Assembly (NCBI GenBank): GCA_035063585.1
Contig: JAPSGB010000002.1
Coordinates: 32,001 to 96,000 of the forward strand
Direction: 5' to 3'
Source: Polyangiaceae bacterium
Lineage (GTDB): Bacteria > Myxococcota_A > Polyangia > Polyangiales > Polyangiaceae
DNA: 64,000 bases
Position numbers and translations under genes: made by a program. Numbering within the stretch: position 1 is the first letter of the stretch; each line of letters opens with the position of its first letter. Below are positions 12,272 to 21,684 of this stretch, in pieces. The notes under the pieces were generated by a model. The model searched no databases, had not been told where the DNA came from, and saw only the letters and a list, made by a program, of their open reading frames with translations.

Positions 12272-14112
12272 ACGAAGCCGCCTCGAGGCTCACCCAGCGG
12301 GTGCTCGGCTGGCATCTCCTCTTCACGCTGGTCATCGCCGGGCTCATCTCGTCGATGGCGCCCCGCCTCCTGCTGCTCGAGCGCGCGGTCTCATCCGACG
12401 CGGCGCGGGCCTTGCTCATCGCCGTGCTGACCGGCGGCGCGTTCGCGCTCGCGCGCACTGCGTGGCTGCTACGCCGACAGCGCTTCACGCTGCGCGCTCT
12501 CGCCCTCGGCTCGCGGTCCATCGAACCCTTCGAGCTGAGAGAGCTCGGCGCCGAGCCGTGGCGGGTCACCGCCGGCTGGGGCGCCCCGATCATCGCCGCG
12601 CTCGCGCTCGGAGCCACCGTCCTGCGGCCGAGCATCCTCGACCTGGTGACCGCCGCGAGCCTCGGGCTGCTCGGCGCGGTGATCGTCGCTGCCGCCTGCT
12701 TGCCGCTCCACGTGGTGGTCCGAGAGCAGTTCGTTCGCGCGGTCGAGCTCGCGCCACCGGACGCGATGCGCGAGGTCCTCGAGACCGAAGAACGGAGCGG
12801 CGTGCTCTCGGCGCGCATTCCACGCCGACTGCTCGCGGCGGTGGCGACCCCGGTGGTGTTTCTCACCATCGGGGCCGCGCTCATCACCAACGCCCACCTC
12901 CGCCGCGCCGACGAGCGACAGCGAGAAGAGACCGCACGCGCGCTGGCACGCTCGTCGCTCGAGCTCGGTCCGGGCGTGATCAGCGGCGCCGGCCTCGACG
13001 CGGCGCTCGAACGCGCGGCAGAGCTCGGGTTTCGAGCCCGGGTCGATGAGGAGTCGACCGAGAACTACGGCCTCGGCCGTGACCAAGACGGCATCATGCA
13101 GGTGGTGACGCCGCTCGACGCGGGCGCCGCGGAGGTCCGCTTCAGCGGCTCCACGGTCGGTCTCTTCAGCGCCGAGACGCTCGCCATCGCGTTCGCCGCG
13201 CTCATCGTCGCCGGACTGCTCGGGATGAGCATTGGGCGTGCCCTCGGCGACGATCTTCGGCTCGCCACCCGTGGGCTCCGTCTGCTCGGCACCGACGCCG
13301 TGCTCGGCGGCACCCGGGTGGTGCGCCCCGCGCGCTTCGAGGAGGTCTTCGAGCTCGGCCAGGCGATCGAGCGACTCGCCGACCGCTTTCGTCTCTTCGC
13401 GCGAGCGCAGCAGCGCGCGATCGACGCCCGCGAAGCCGCCACGCGCATGCGCGGGCTGTTTCTCGCGAGCGTGAGCCACGATCTCAAGAGCCCGCTCAAC
13501 GCGGTGCTCGGCTTCACCGAGCTCGTCCGCCAGCTCGAGCCGCTCTCCCCGGGGCAATCGGAGAGCCTCGCGTTCATCGAGCATCGCGGCCGTGAGCTGC
13601 TCGCGCTCATCGAGACCATCCTCGACGCCGCGCGCGTGGAGGCGGGCCAGCTCACCCTCGAGCGCGAGCCGGTGCTCATCAGCGATCTCATCGGCGCGTC
13701 CATCGAGAAGGGCCGCGACCTCGGCCGGGAGCGGCCCGTCGAGGTGGTCGGAGAGATCGCCCCCGGCATTCCGTCGCTCGAGGTCGATCGCCTCCAGATG
13801 AGCCGCGCGCTAGCGACCCTCATCGGGCACGCGCTGCGCTCCGCTCAGCGCTCCCCGGTGCGCGTCCGCGCGCTCCCCAGGCCCAACCGAGTTCGGATCG
13901 TGATCGAGCTCCCGAGCCAGCGCTTCAGCGCGCGACAGCTCTCGGCGATGCTCGATCCAAGCCGCGAGCCAGGCGCGAGTCCGCACCGCGGGCTCGCGCT
14001 CGGTCTCGGCCTCGCGCGCGCGGTCATCGGCCTCCACGGGGGCTCGGTGACGGTGGAGCGCGATCACGGCTCCGGTCCGGCCTTCCGGGTGGAACTCCCG
14101 GCGGAAGAGTGA
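12268..14112 (+). CDS. Multi-TM histidine kinase-like protein with degenerate ATPase domain
   Basis: GTGA overlap with the preceding gene; about 6 TM; SHDLKSPLNAV H-box; N box reads LIGHALR and no DxGxG is visible. Confidence 0.85.
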   Translation: MNEAASRLTQRVLGWHLLFTLVIAGLISSMAPRLLLLERAVSSDAARALLIAVLTGGAFALARTAWLLRRQRFTLRALALGSRSIEPFELRELGAEPWRVTAGWGAPIIAALALGATVLRPSILDLVTAASLGLLGAVIVAAACLPLHVVVREQFVRAVELAPPDAMREVLETEERSGVLSARIPRRLLAAVATPVVFLTIGAALITNAHLRRADERQREETARALARSSLELGPGVISGAGLDAALERAAELGFRARVDEESTENYGLGRDQDGIMQVVTPLDAGAAEVRFSGSTVGLFSAETLAIAFAALIVAGLLGMSIGRALGDDLRLATRGLRLLGTDAVLGGTRVVRPARFEEVFELGQAIERLADRFRLFARAQQRAIDAREAATRMRGLFLASVSHDLKSPLNAVLGFTELVRQLEPLSPGQSESLAFIEHRGRELLALIETILDAARVEAGQLTLEREPVLISDLIGASIEKGRDLGRERPVEVVGEIAPGIPSLEVDRLQMSRALATLIGHALRSAQRSPVRVRALPRPNRVRIVIELPSQRFSARQLSAMLDPSREPGASPHRGLALGLGLARAVIGLHGGSVTVERDHGSGPAFRVELPAEE

Positions 14113-14147
14113 GCGCTGACTGCGCCCGCACGCCCGGCGACAGCACG

Positions 14148-15629
14148 CTACCGCGTGACCACGACGTAGGTCCCCTTGCCGAGCGAGCCCCCGGACTGCG
14201 CGCCGTTCCAGCCCTCCGGCACCGCGGGGTCCGTCCATCCGAACAGCCGCTTGCCGTCGATGGGTGACAGGTTCACGCAGCCTGCGCTCATCGGCTCGCC
14301 GAAGCTCTCGTGCCAGTAGGCGACGTGGAGCGCGAACGGCGCGTCGAAGTACTGGGTGTACGGGACGTCTGCGATCCAAAACGAGCGATCTTCCCCGCTC
14401 TCCGGGCTCATGGTCGCCGCCACGTGCTTGAACGTCACCCGGTAGACGCCGAGCGGTGTGCTGCTCGTCTTCACCGGCGAGACGCCCCGGGTCGGTAGGC
14501 CGCCGGCACCGGGTGAGATGAGCGTGGCGTACACCGGTCGTAGTCCCTCGTAGGCGACCAAGGTGCCCTGCGTGATGCTGACGAGGAGCCACTTCTCGCC
14601 TTCGGCGACGCCGATCGGCAGGCTCTCTCGCGCGACGACCACGGTCGCGTCCTCGGCGGCGAGGTAAGCGCCGGCCTCCTTGGTGAGCAGGTATCCGCGC
14701 TCGGGCTCGGCGCTCGCGAGCTCGACGTAGCTCCGCGCCGGCCAACGCTCCCCGGTCGCGGTGAAGCTGCCGTCGGCCGCTCTCCGATACTTCGTGCGCG
14801 CGACCGCGCGCATCCACGCGATCGGGAGCGCGACGCCGCGGCCGAGCTCCGTCCCGTGGAACGTCGACTCGCGATAGGGACGCACGCGATCGGCCGGCAC
14901 CACCGTACCATCGGTGCTGAGCAGCCACGTTCGCCCCTCGTAGGCGAACGCCTTCGTGAACGCGAGCATCGACCCGAGCGGGATGGTGCGCCGCACCAGC
15001 TCGAGCGGGTGCGCGCTGCCGATGGAGCCGCCATCGGCGAGGAACGACGGCACCGGGTCGCTCGCCGCGACCGCGCGCACCTCGGCGAGCTTCTCGTGTC
15101 CGCGATTCCCCCAGGACAAGGGCGCGAAGCTGCCCGGCTTCCCGAGGAATCGCTCCGCCTTCTGCCACTCCTCCGCGGTCGGGAGGCGCCGATACATGGG
15201 CGCGCCGTTCGACAGCGCATAACGGTACGGCAGGGGCTGGTCGATGCCGTCGACGAGCCGCATCCCCTCGAGGTAACGCCCGCTCCCATCGAGCGTCGCG
15301 GTTCGGTCGAGGCACACGTAGCCGCGCGGCTCGACGGCCACGAACCCACCGGCGCACCCGCTCCCCGCGACGCGTTCGGCGTTCTTCAGCGCCACCGAGG
15401 TGCCGAGTCGAACATATCCGAGGTGCTCACGCGGGTTTCCTCGTCGCGGCGCGTCCCAGATCCAGGTCACGACCCCCGTGCTGTAGATCCGGGCTTGGCT
15501 CGGCTCGGCGCGGCCGGCGGCCCGCGCGTCGGCGCGCCGCTCGGCAGGAGCCGCGCCGCGCCCGTCGGCGAACGCCGCGGTAGCCACCGCGAGCCCGAGG
15601 GCGACTGCGCTCACGACCAGAGCTCTCAC
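14148..15629 (-). CDS. L,D-transpeptidase (YkuD domain), secreted
   Basis: Signal peptide; VSITQGTLVAYEG, TPLGVY, ALHVAYWHESFGEPMSAGCVNL (catalytic His/Cys). Confidence 0.9.
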   Translation of the reverse strand: MRALVVSAVALGLAVATAAFADGRGAAPAERRADARAAGRAEPSQARIYSTGVVTWIWDAPRRGNPREHLGYVRLGTSVALKNAERVAGSGCAGGFVAVEPRGYVCLDRTATLDGSGRYLEGMRLVDGIDQPLPYRYALSNGAPMYRRLPTAEEWQKAERFLGKPGSFAPLSWGNRGHEKLAEVRAVAASDPVPSFLADGGSIGSAHPLELVRRTIPLGSMLAFTKAFAYEGRTWLLSTDGTVVPADRVRPYRESTFHGTELGRGVALPIAWMRAVARTKYRRAADGSFTATGERWPARSYVELASAEPERGYLLTKEAGAYLAAEDATVVVARESLPIGVAEGEKWLLVSITQGTLVAYEGLRPVYATLISPGAGGLPTRGVSPVKTSSTPLGVYRVTFKHVAATMSPESGEDRSFWIADVPYTQYFDAPFALHVAYWHESFGEPMSAGCVNLSPIDGKRLFGWTDPAVPEGWNGAQSGGSLGKGTYVVVTR

Positions 15630-15724
15630 TCGGGCGACGCTAACCCCGACCCATCGCGCGACGCAACCGCGCCGCCCCCGGGGGCGCGCTCGGCGACGAA
15701 CCTAGAGCGAGCCGCCGCGCGGCG

Positions 15725-16264
15725 CTAGTCGGCTCGCGCGGCGCAGGTCTGATCCGCGAGGCCGGTGCAAGCGACCCGCGCCGAGATGCAGTCGGTCGCG
15801 GCCGACTCTCCGCACCGGCACGCGACGCATTTTTCCGCCGCCGGGTCGGCGATACAGTCGAGCAGGCACTGCGTGGCGCTGCACGCGGCGAACGCCGCCT
15901 GACAGTCGGCGCAGGGCGCGCTGAGCCCCAGGTTCGTCGTCAAGCACGCGCTGACGAGCGACGAGAAATCGGGGTCGGTCGGCAGCTTGCCGCTCGTGAC
16001 GAGCGGCTTCACGCAGGTCGGGATGGCGACCTCGAGATCCACCTGGTCGAGCGCCGCGGTGTCGCTCGCGCCGAGGCACGCGTCGCCGCCTGCCTCTACC
16101 GTGCCATCGAGCGCGCTCCCGTCGGCACCGCCGGCCTCTGCCGGTACCGCTGCGTCCGGGGTGCCGCTAGCCGCCGCGTCGTCCGGCGCTCCACACGCCC
16201 CGAGCCCGAGCGCCATCAGCAGAATCGCGAGGTTCCGCGCCGACTCACTCTTCACTTTCGACAT
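15725..16264 (-). CDS. Small Cys-rich lipoprotein
   Basis: Lipobox LGAC, AAAGG RBS, low-complexity linker, then a domain with more than 12 Cys; starts 11 nt after the barrel gene's stop. Confidence 0.75.
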   Translation of the reverse strand: MSKVKSESARNLAILLMALGLGACGAPDDAAASGTPDAAVPAEAGGADGSALDGTVEAGGDACLGASDTAALDQVDLEVAIPTCVKPLVTSGKLPTDPDFSSLVSACLTTNLGLSAPCADCQAAFAACSATQCLLDCIADPAAEKCVACRCGESAATDCISARVACTGLADQTCAARAD

Positions 16265-16275
16265 GGGGTCGCCTT

Positions 16276-17547
16276 TCAATCGAATCGGTGGCTGAGATCC
16301 GCCGAGATGAGGTGGAGCGTCGCTCCGTACTCCCCCGCGTAGCCGCACAGCGCGCACGCCTCGCTCCCGAGCTCGGACCCGCTGATGGTCGTGCTGCCGA
16401 AGCGCAGCGCATACGCGACGTTCACCGACCACGCGCCGCGCTCGAAGCCGGCCCCTACGGTCGCGGCGTAGGTGGGGGCCGGCGGCGGCGCGAAGGGGCT
16501 CGGGTAGCGGCGGCTCGACGACGGGCCGTCGTACACGGCCCCCGCGCGCAGCGCGAGCGCCCCGTCACGCAGCACGCGGACCTCCGCGCCAGCGCGCAGC
16601 ATCACCGCGTCGCGCCAGTCGTAGATGGCGGGCAGCTCGATGCGTTCGCCGGCGCGCGTCGCGGAGACCGCGCCGCGGCCATTGTCACCGTTCTTTACGA
16701 GCTCTGCCTCGAGCGCGCCGCCGAAGCGGCCGAAGTCCGCGCGGAGCCCCCCGCCGAACCGGCTGGGGAGCAGCAGCCGGGTCTCGAGGTCGCGCGCGGG
16801 CGCGCCGAGCAGCACGCCTTCCTCGCCGTGGAGGTCGATCGTGGTCTGGTGCCGATAGACGGCGCCGAGGCGTAGCCGGCGACGCGTCGAGCCCGTGGCG
16901 CCAGGCGCATCGGAGAGCGCGTGCCACTGGGCGCCGACGCGAACTCCGGTGAAGTCGAGCCCGGACTGGCTCGAGTCGATGCCCGGGCCGCTCGCGCCCG
17001 CGCCCCGCTTGAAGCGCGACATGGTCGCGTAGGTGGTGCGCTGCGCGACGCCGAGCGCGACCCCCCCGGGAAGCTCTACGCCCACGCCGAGCGCCACCTC
17101 GACGAACGCGGCGCGCGCCTCGTCGTCGGTGACGCCGACGGCGCCTCTGTACTCGTACGCGGCGCCGGCGGCGGCGAGCGGCCTGGCTGCGAGGCCGAGC
17201 GCGACGCGCGACGCGATGGGCATCGCCGCCCCGAAGAGCGGCACCGGCGCGAGTACCCGCTCCGACTCCACGTTGACGTTCGGCTCCGGGGACGAGCGCA
17301 CCACGCCGGTCATCAGCGTCACGCCGCCGAGCAGCTCGGGCGCGCGTATCCAGCCGAGACCGCCCGGGTTCAGCGCGGGCGCGAGCGCGGAGTCGACTTC
17401 GGCGAGGCTCGTCCCCCCGATGCCGACGTGTCGCGCGGCGAAGGGCAACGGCTGATCGTAGCCAGCCGCCTGCGCCGCCCCCGCGACGAGCATCGCCGGA
17501 GGCAGCAGCGCCACGACCCGCGCCCATATATTGAAAGCGAAAGTCAT
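16276..17547 (-). CDS. Outer-membrane beta-barrel, OmpP1/FadL-like (true start may be 17514 or 17493)
   Basis: Signal peptide (AAQA), GIGG...ALNPGGL N-terminal plug-like motif, amphipathic strands, C-terminal ..DLSHRFD. Confidence 0.75.
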   Translation of the reverse strand: MTFAFNIWARVVALLPPAMLVAGAAQAAGYDQPLPFAARHVGIGGTSLAEVDSALAPALNPGGLGWIRAPELLGGVTLMTGVVRSSPEPNVNVESERVLAPVPLFGAAMPIASRVALGLAARPLAAAGAAYEYRGAVGVTDDEARAAFVEVALGVGVELPGGVALGVAQRTTYATMSRFKRGAGASGPGIDSSQSGLDFTGVRVGAQWHALSDAPGATGSTRRRLRLGAVYRHQTTIDLHGEEGVLLGAPARDLETRLLLPSRFGGGLRADFGRFGGALEAELVKNGDNGRGAVSATRAGERIELPAIYDWRDAVMLRAGAEVRVLRDGALALRAGAVYDGPSSSRRYPSPFAPPPAPTYAATVGAGFERGAWSVNVAYALRFGSTTISGSELGSEACALCGYAGEYGATLHLISADLSHRFD

Positions 17548-17554
17548 TATCAAT
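17530..17554. promoter_or_regulatory. Fur-box-like operator
   Basis: Minus strand ATTGATAATGACTTTCGCTTTCAAT. The core 19-mer matches GATAATGATAATCATTATC at 13/19 and has ATTGA/TCAAT inverted ends; TTGACA lies on the minus strand at 17579-17584. Confidence 0.65.
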
Positions 17555-17694
17555 AACCTTGTCAGCCTCCCCTCCGGCTGTCAAACCGTTCGAGCGGCCG
17601 CCCCCCCGAGGTGCGCGCCCCGTCGCCGAGCGTCGGCTCGCATCGAGCGCGCCGGCGCGTGCCGCGCGGCCGCGATGCTATCGTCCAGCGCCCC

Positions 17695-18276
17695 ATGGTC
17701 GAATCACGAGACGAGAAGACGACGAGCGGCTCGTTCGGGCTGGGCATGAGGCTCCGGATCGCGGTGCTCATGCTCGGCGGTACGGTCGTCTGCTCGGGGA
17801 CCCTGGTGGCAGTCCCGATGGTCGTCGTGGAGAAGATCCGGCAGGGCCAGGTCCGGAGCGCCGGCGACGCGGCGGGAGAGATCGTGTGGTTCCTGCTGTC
17901 GCTCGTGGTGCTCATCGTGGTGTCGCGCGCGTTCCTGCGGACCGTGCGCGCTGCGAGAGGCGACTCCGAGCCGTTCGCCTGGCTCGCGCGGGCCGTGCCG
18001 CTCTGCGTGCTCATCGGCGTGGCGGGTGGGGCTTGGTTCGCCCGCCACGTGATCCGCTCACACGAAGCGCTCACGCAAGAGTCGGCGCGGGGGATCTGCG
18101 AGGAGGCGCTCGGGCCCGACGCGAGCGAGGCGGCCCTCACCGCGTGCGTACCGGTGGGGCTCGCGTGCAACGCGCAAGATGACGCCGACCGCCGGGCGCG
18201 CCCGAACCGCTTCGAGATGGGTGAGCGGTTTGCCGTGCGCTGCGCGCGCGAGAAGCTGGGCGGCGCGGCGCGCTGA
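17695..18276 (+). CDS. Hypothetical membrane protein (3 TM, Cys-containing C-terminus)
   Basis: Three hydrophobic segments; coding-like codon pattern; no family recognised. Confidence 0.6.
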   Translation: MVESRDEKTTSGSFGLGMRLRIAVLMLGGTVVCSGTLVAVPMVVVEKIRQGQVRSAGDAAGEIVWFLLSLVVLIVVSRAFLRTVRAARGDSEPFAWLARAVPLCVLIGVAGGAWFARHVIRSHEALTQESARGICEEALGPDASEAALTACVPVGLACNAQDDADRRARPNRFEMGERFAVRCAREKLGGAAR

Positions 18277-18445
18277 GCCACGTCGGGGAGGAACGGGCGC
18301 GTCGCCGGCCGGCTCACGCCGCGGGCGAGCGCGCGCCGCCATGGGGCGGGCCACGCTGCGGCTCGCCTCGCGGCGACGCGAGGCTCGTAAAGGAGGTGGG
18401 CTTGGGCCTCGACGGTCGTCGCGGCTCATGAGAGAGTCGGAGGCC

Positions 18446-20026
18446 ATGGTGAGGGTCTCCTGGTCGCTCGGCGGCGTGGTGCTCGGATCGGCGCTCGCGC
18501 TCGCGGCGTGCGGTTCGACTGACTCGGGGCCGACCGGAGCGGCGGGTACCGGTGGCGCCGCAGGCGCGAGCGCAGGGAGCGGTGGCGCCGCAGGGAGCGC
18601 TGGCGCCGCAGGGAGCGGCGGTGCCGCAGGGAGCGCTGGCGCCGCAGGGAGCGGCGGCGCCGCAGGGAGCGCTGGCGCCGCAGGGAGCGCTGGCGCGACC
18701 TGCGCGTGCGCCCCCGGCGAGAGCTTGGCGTGCACCGCGCTGGGCGGCCTGTACGCGGACGACGGCAAGAGCGCGAGCTGCCGCGCCGACTGCACCGGCT
18801 TCGACGTCTCGGCGTGCACCCTGAAAGATGCCTCTGGAAGGACGCGCGAGTACGTCTATCCCTCGCTCCGGGATCCGGTGTACGGCGCCGCGCGCTGCAA
18901 CGACGGCACGCCGTACTTCTTCACCGTGAGCCTGACCGGCAGCCGGCGCTGGGTCATCAACTTCGAAGGAGGCGGCGCCTGTGACGGCGACGTCATCCCG
19001 TGCGCGCCACGCTGGACGAAGTCGAGGGCGCTGTTCAGCTCGGCGAACGAGCCGAAGGATGGCACGGTGGTGCCCTGGCAAGGCAGCGCCGCCATCGGCT
19101 CGCGCAACCCGACCGAGAACCCGGACTTCGCGGATGCGAACATCGTCGTGGGCAACTACTGCTCGAGCGACCTATGGACGGGTCGCGCCGCGAAGGCCGT
19201 TCCGTCGAATCCTGCGCTAAAGGGAGAGCCCCCATTCGACCTCTGGTTCAGCGGGCGAGACAACGCGCGCGCCACGCTCGCGGTCTTGGTCGCGCGCTAC
19301 GGGCTCGACGACGCCCAGGACATCGATCTCGTCATCACCGGCTCGAGCGCAGGCGGTAACGGCGCACGCAACAACGCGGACCTATACGCCGAGGCCTTCC
19401 CGAACGCGCGGGCGGAGAAACGCATCTGGGTGCTGCCGGTCGCCGGCTTTCAGCTCTACGACTGGGCGCGCGACGGCGCGGGCATCATGGGCGGCGACGT
19501 CCCCGATCCCGTCACGTGGACCGGCATGGTGTCGCGTTGGTCAGCGGAGCTGAACCCGCGGTGCCGAGCGCTCGCCAGCGCGGCCGGCGCGAGCGCGGGC
19601 GCCTGTCTCGCGGGGCTCTATTCGACCCAGTCGATGCTCCTCGCCGAGCCGGAAGGCTACGGGATGCGCCTGTTCGACGCGACCAACCGGTCCGATCCGG
19701 TCTACCTCGGCTACCACGACGTGAAGCCGGCCACGCCGGGCTACGACGTGATCGTCGACGCGTGGCAGGCGAAGGCCACCGAAGAGATGCTCGCGAGCGG
19801 CGTGCGCTGGCTGCTCGCGCCCGCGCACCGAGGCCAGCCCAACGTGCACGGGCTGTTCGAACACTGGAAGGTGCCGTTCCCGGCCTACGACGCCGCCGCG
19901 GACGGGTGCGGCACGCCGTGGACCCCCGGGCAGACCTTCCGTGATCTCGTCCATGAGTTTTACGTGGACGCTTCGCCCGAGACGAGCGGGCACCGGGTGT
20001 GCCCGAACGGCTGGCCCGTCCCCTGA
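18446..20026 (+). CDS. Pectinacetylesterase/Notum-like alpha/beta hydrolase lipoprotein
   Basis: GGAGG RBS, lipobox LAAC, ARCNDGTP, FEGGGAC, NPDF..AN, YCSSDLWTG and nucleophile motif GSSAGG. Confidence 0.85.
   Translation: MVRVSWSLGGVVLGSALALAACGSTDSGPTGAAGTGGAAGASAGSGGAAGSAGAAGSGGAAGSAGAAGSGGAAGSAGAAGSAGATCACAPGESLACTALGGLYADDGKSASCRADCTGFDVSACTLKDASGRTREYVYPSLRDPVYGAARCNDGTPYFFTVSLTGSRRWVINFEGGGACDGDVIPCAPRWTKSRALFSSANEPKDGTVVPWQGSAAIGSRNPTENPDFADANIVVGNYCSSDLWTGRAAKAVPSNPALKGEPPFDLWFSGRDNARATLAVLVARYGLDDAQDIDLVITGSSAGGNGARNNADLYAEAFPNARAEKRIWVLPVAGFQLYDWARDGAGIMGGDVPDPVTWTGMVSRWSAELNPRCRALASAAGASAGACLAGLYSTQSMLLAEPEGYGMRLFDATNRSDPVYLGYHDVKPATPGYDVIVDAWQAKATEEMLASGVRWLLAPAHRGQPNVHGLFEHWKVPFPAYDAAADGCGTPWTPGQTFRDLVHEFYVDASPETSGHRVCPNGWPVP
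18571..18697 (+). repeat. 18-bp tandem repeat (GCAGGGAGCG(C/G)TGGCGCC-like) encoding an AGS(A/G)GA linker
   Basis: About 7 near-identical units read directly. Confidence 0.85.
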
Positions 20027-20442
20027 TGCGTGCGGCGTCAGCGGGCCGGTCCGGCGCGGCCGGCGATCGGTGCGGCGGCGCGAGGCTCGGCGGGAGCCAC
20101 GCCGCCCTCGCTGGCGCACGCACGCCGCCTACGATGCGCTCGATGACGTCGGCGCTCGGACGAGGCGGCTCAGTCGGACCACGCCGGATGCGGCGCGTCG
20201 CTCGACGAAGCGCGGCTCCGGACTCGTCATGGGGCCCCGCGCTCGCGAGCCGCGCCTCGAGCGCGGACGCACCGAATGACGTCGTCGGCTCTCATCGCGC
20301 GAAGCTCCCACACGCGCCGAGCGGCCTCCGCGCGATGGCTCCTCGCCTGTCGCCTGAAGGTCAGTCGCGGCCGTGTGATGAGCCATGGATGCGAAATGCA
20401 CAAGCGCTAGGCATCTGTCTGACGCTACGATAGGTTTCCATC

Positions 20443-21492
20443 ATGAGATCTTCATGGGCGCTGGCGATTGCCTTCACGTCGAGCTTGGGTGCCTGCCATC
20501 GCACCTCCGAGGCGGAGGTGCGGGACTACCTCGCCGAGCAAGGGATCACCGCGACGTCCGTGACCAAGAACGGAGACTCCTTCGACTACACCGGCACCAA
20601 GGGCACGGAGACCTGCACCGGGACGGTGCGCATCAACAAGGGGTTCGGTAGCTCGACGCAATCCTTCACCAGCAACTGCGGAGACGGGACCGCCCCAGTC
20701 GATGAGCCAGATTACAGCGCCTGCAAACCTGGTGCCGCGGCGGAGTGCAACAAGCTCGCCGACGCGCTCTACGGCAAGAATGAGAAGGTCTATCCGAAGC
20801 AAGCAGCGAAGCTCTATCGAGTCGCCTGCGACGACAAGGACGGGCGGGCCTGCGAGCGAGTCGCAGAGTTCGAGGCGATCGACAAGAGTTGGGAAGAGGT
20901 GCGCTTCTTCGCCGAGCGTGCGTGCAACTATGGGAACGGTGATGGCTGCGCTCGGCTCGGGACCCTGGAGCTGACACAGGCCGAAGCCGCTGGCGGCGCG
21001 GGCCGTGCTCTGGACTTCTTCAAGGACGGATGTGAGAAGGGGTCGAAGAAGGGCTGCCGGGGCGCCGTCGCGGTCATGCTCGACGCAACGCCACCCGACC
21101 TCGACCACGCGCTCCCGCTCGCCGAGAAGCTCTGCACCGAGAAGTACGAGAACGGATGCAGCCTGCTCGGGATGGTCCTCTTCAAGAAGAAGGACTACCG
21201 CCGCGCGCTCACCCTGTTGGAAGAGGGCTGCAAAGACGAAAAAGACGCCACACGCGCGATCGCTTGCAATCTCGCCGGTGCGATCCTGGCAGACGGCCGC
21301 GGCACGAAGGCTGACGCCACGCGTGCGTTTCAGCTCTTCGAGTCAGCTTGCGAGCACAAGAGCCCCGATGGCTGCGCCAACACGGCGCGCGCCTACGAGG
21401 GAGCTCGGGGCGTCGCCAAGGATCTCGACAAGGCGCGCGAGTTCCGGGAAAAGGCCTGCAAGCTCGGACACCAGAAATCCTGCGCGACGTAG
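20443..21492 (+). CDS. Sel1-like (Hcp-type Cys-rich) repeat lipoprotein
   Basis: Lipobox LGAC; repeated A..LF..AC......GC..LG units. Confidence 0.85.
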   Translation: MRSSWALAIAFTSSLGACHRTSEAEVRDYLAEQGITATSVTKNGDSFDYTGTKGTETCTGTVRINKGFGSSTQSFTSNCGDGTAPVDEPDYSACKPGAAAECNKLADALYGKNEKVYPKQAAKLYRVACDDKDGRACERVAEFEAIDKSWEEVRFFAERACNYGNGDGCARLGTLELTQAEAAGGAGRALDFFKDGCEKGSKKGCRGAVAVMLDATPPDLDHALPLAEKLCTEKYENGCSLLGMVLFKKKDYRRALTLLEEGCKDEKDATRAIACNLAGAILADGRGTKADATRAFQLFESACEHKSPDGCANTARAYEGARGVAKDLDKAREFREKACKLGHQKSCAT

Positions 21493-21684
21493 CGCCACGC
21501 GAGCGCATCCCGGCAGCGCGCGGACGCTCATCGTGACCGCGCTCGCGCGCGCCGCTCACGACGCCCCCCTCGGAGGTGAACTCGCCGGCGCGGGCGCACG
21601 CGGCCGCGGAGGTCGATGTCATGCGCGAGCCAGCGGGCGTCGCGAGCGAACGCGCCGATCGCCGCGGCTCGGGGTTCTCGCGGA

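Noticed and set aside
20391..20402. GCGAAATGCACA shared with 61411-61422 as a common operator
   Set aside because: A single 12-mer match is expected by chance in 64 kb, and orientation relative to the genes differs.
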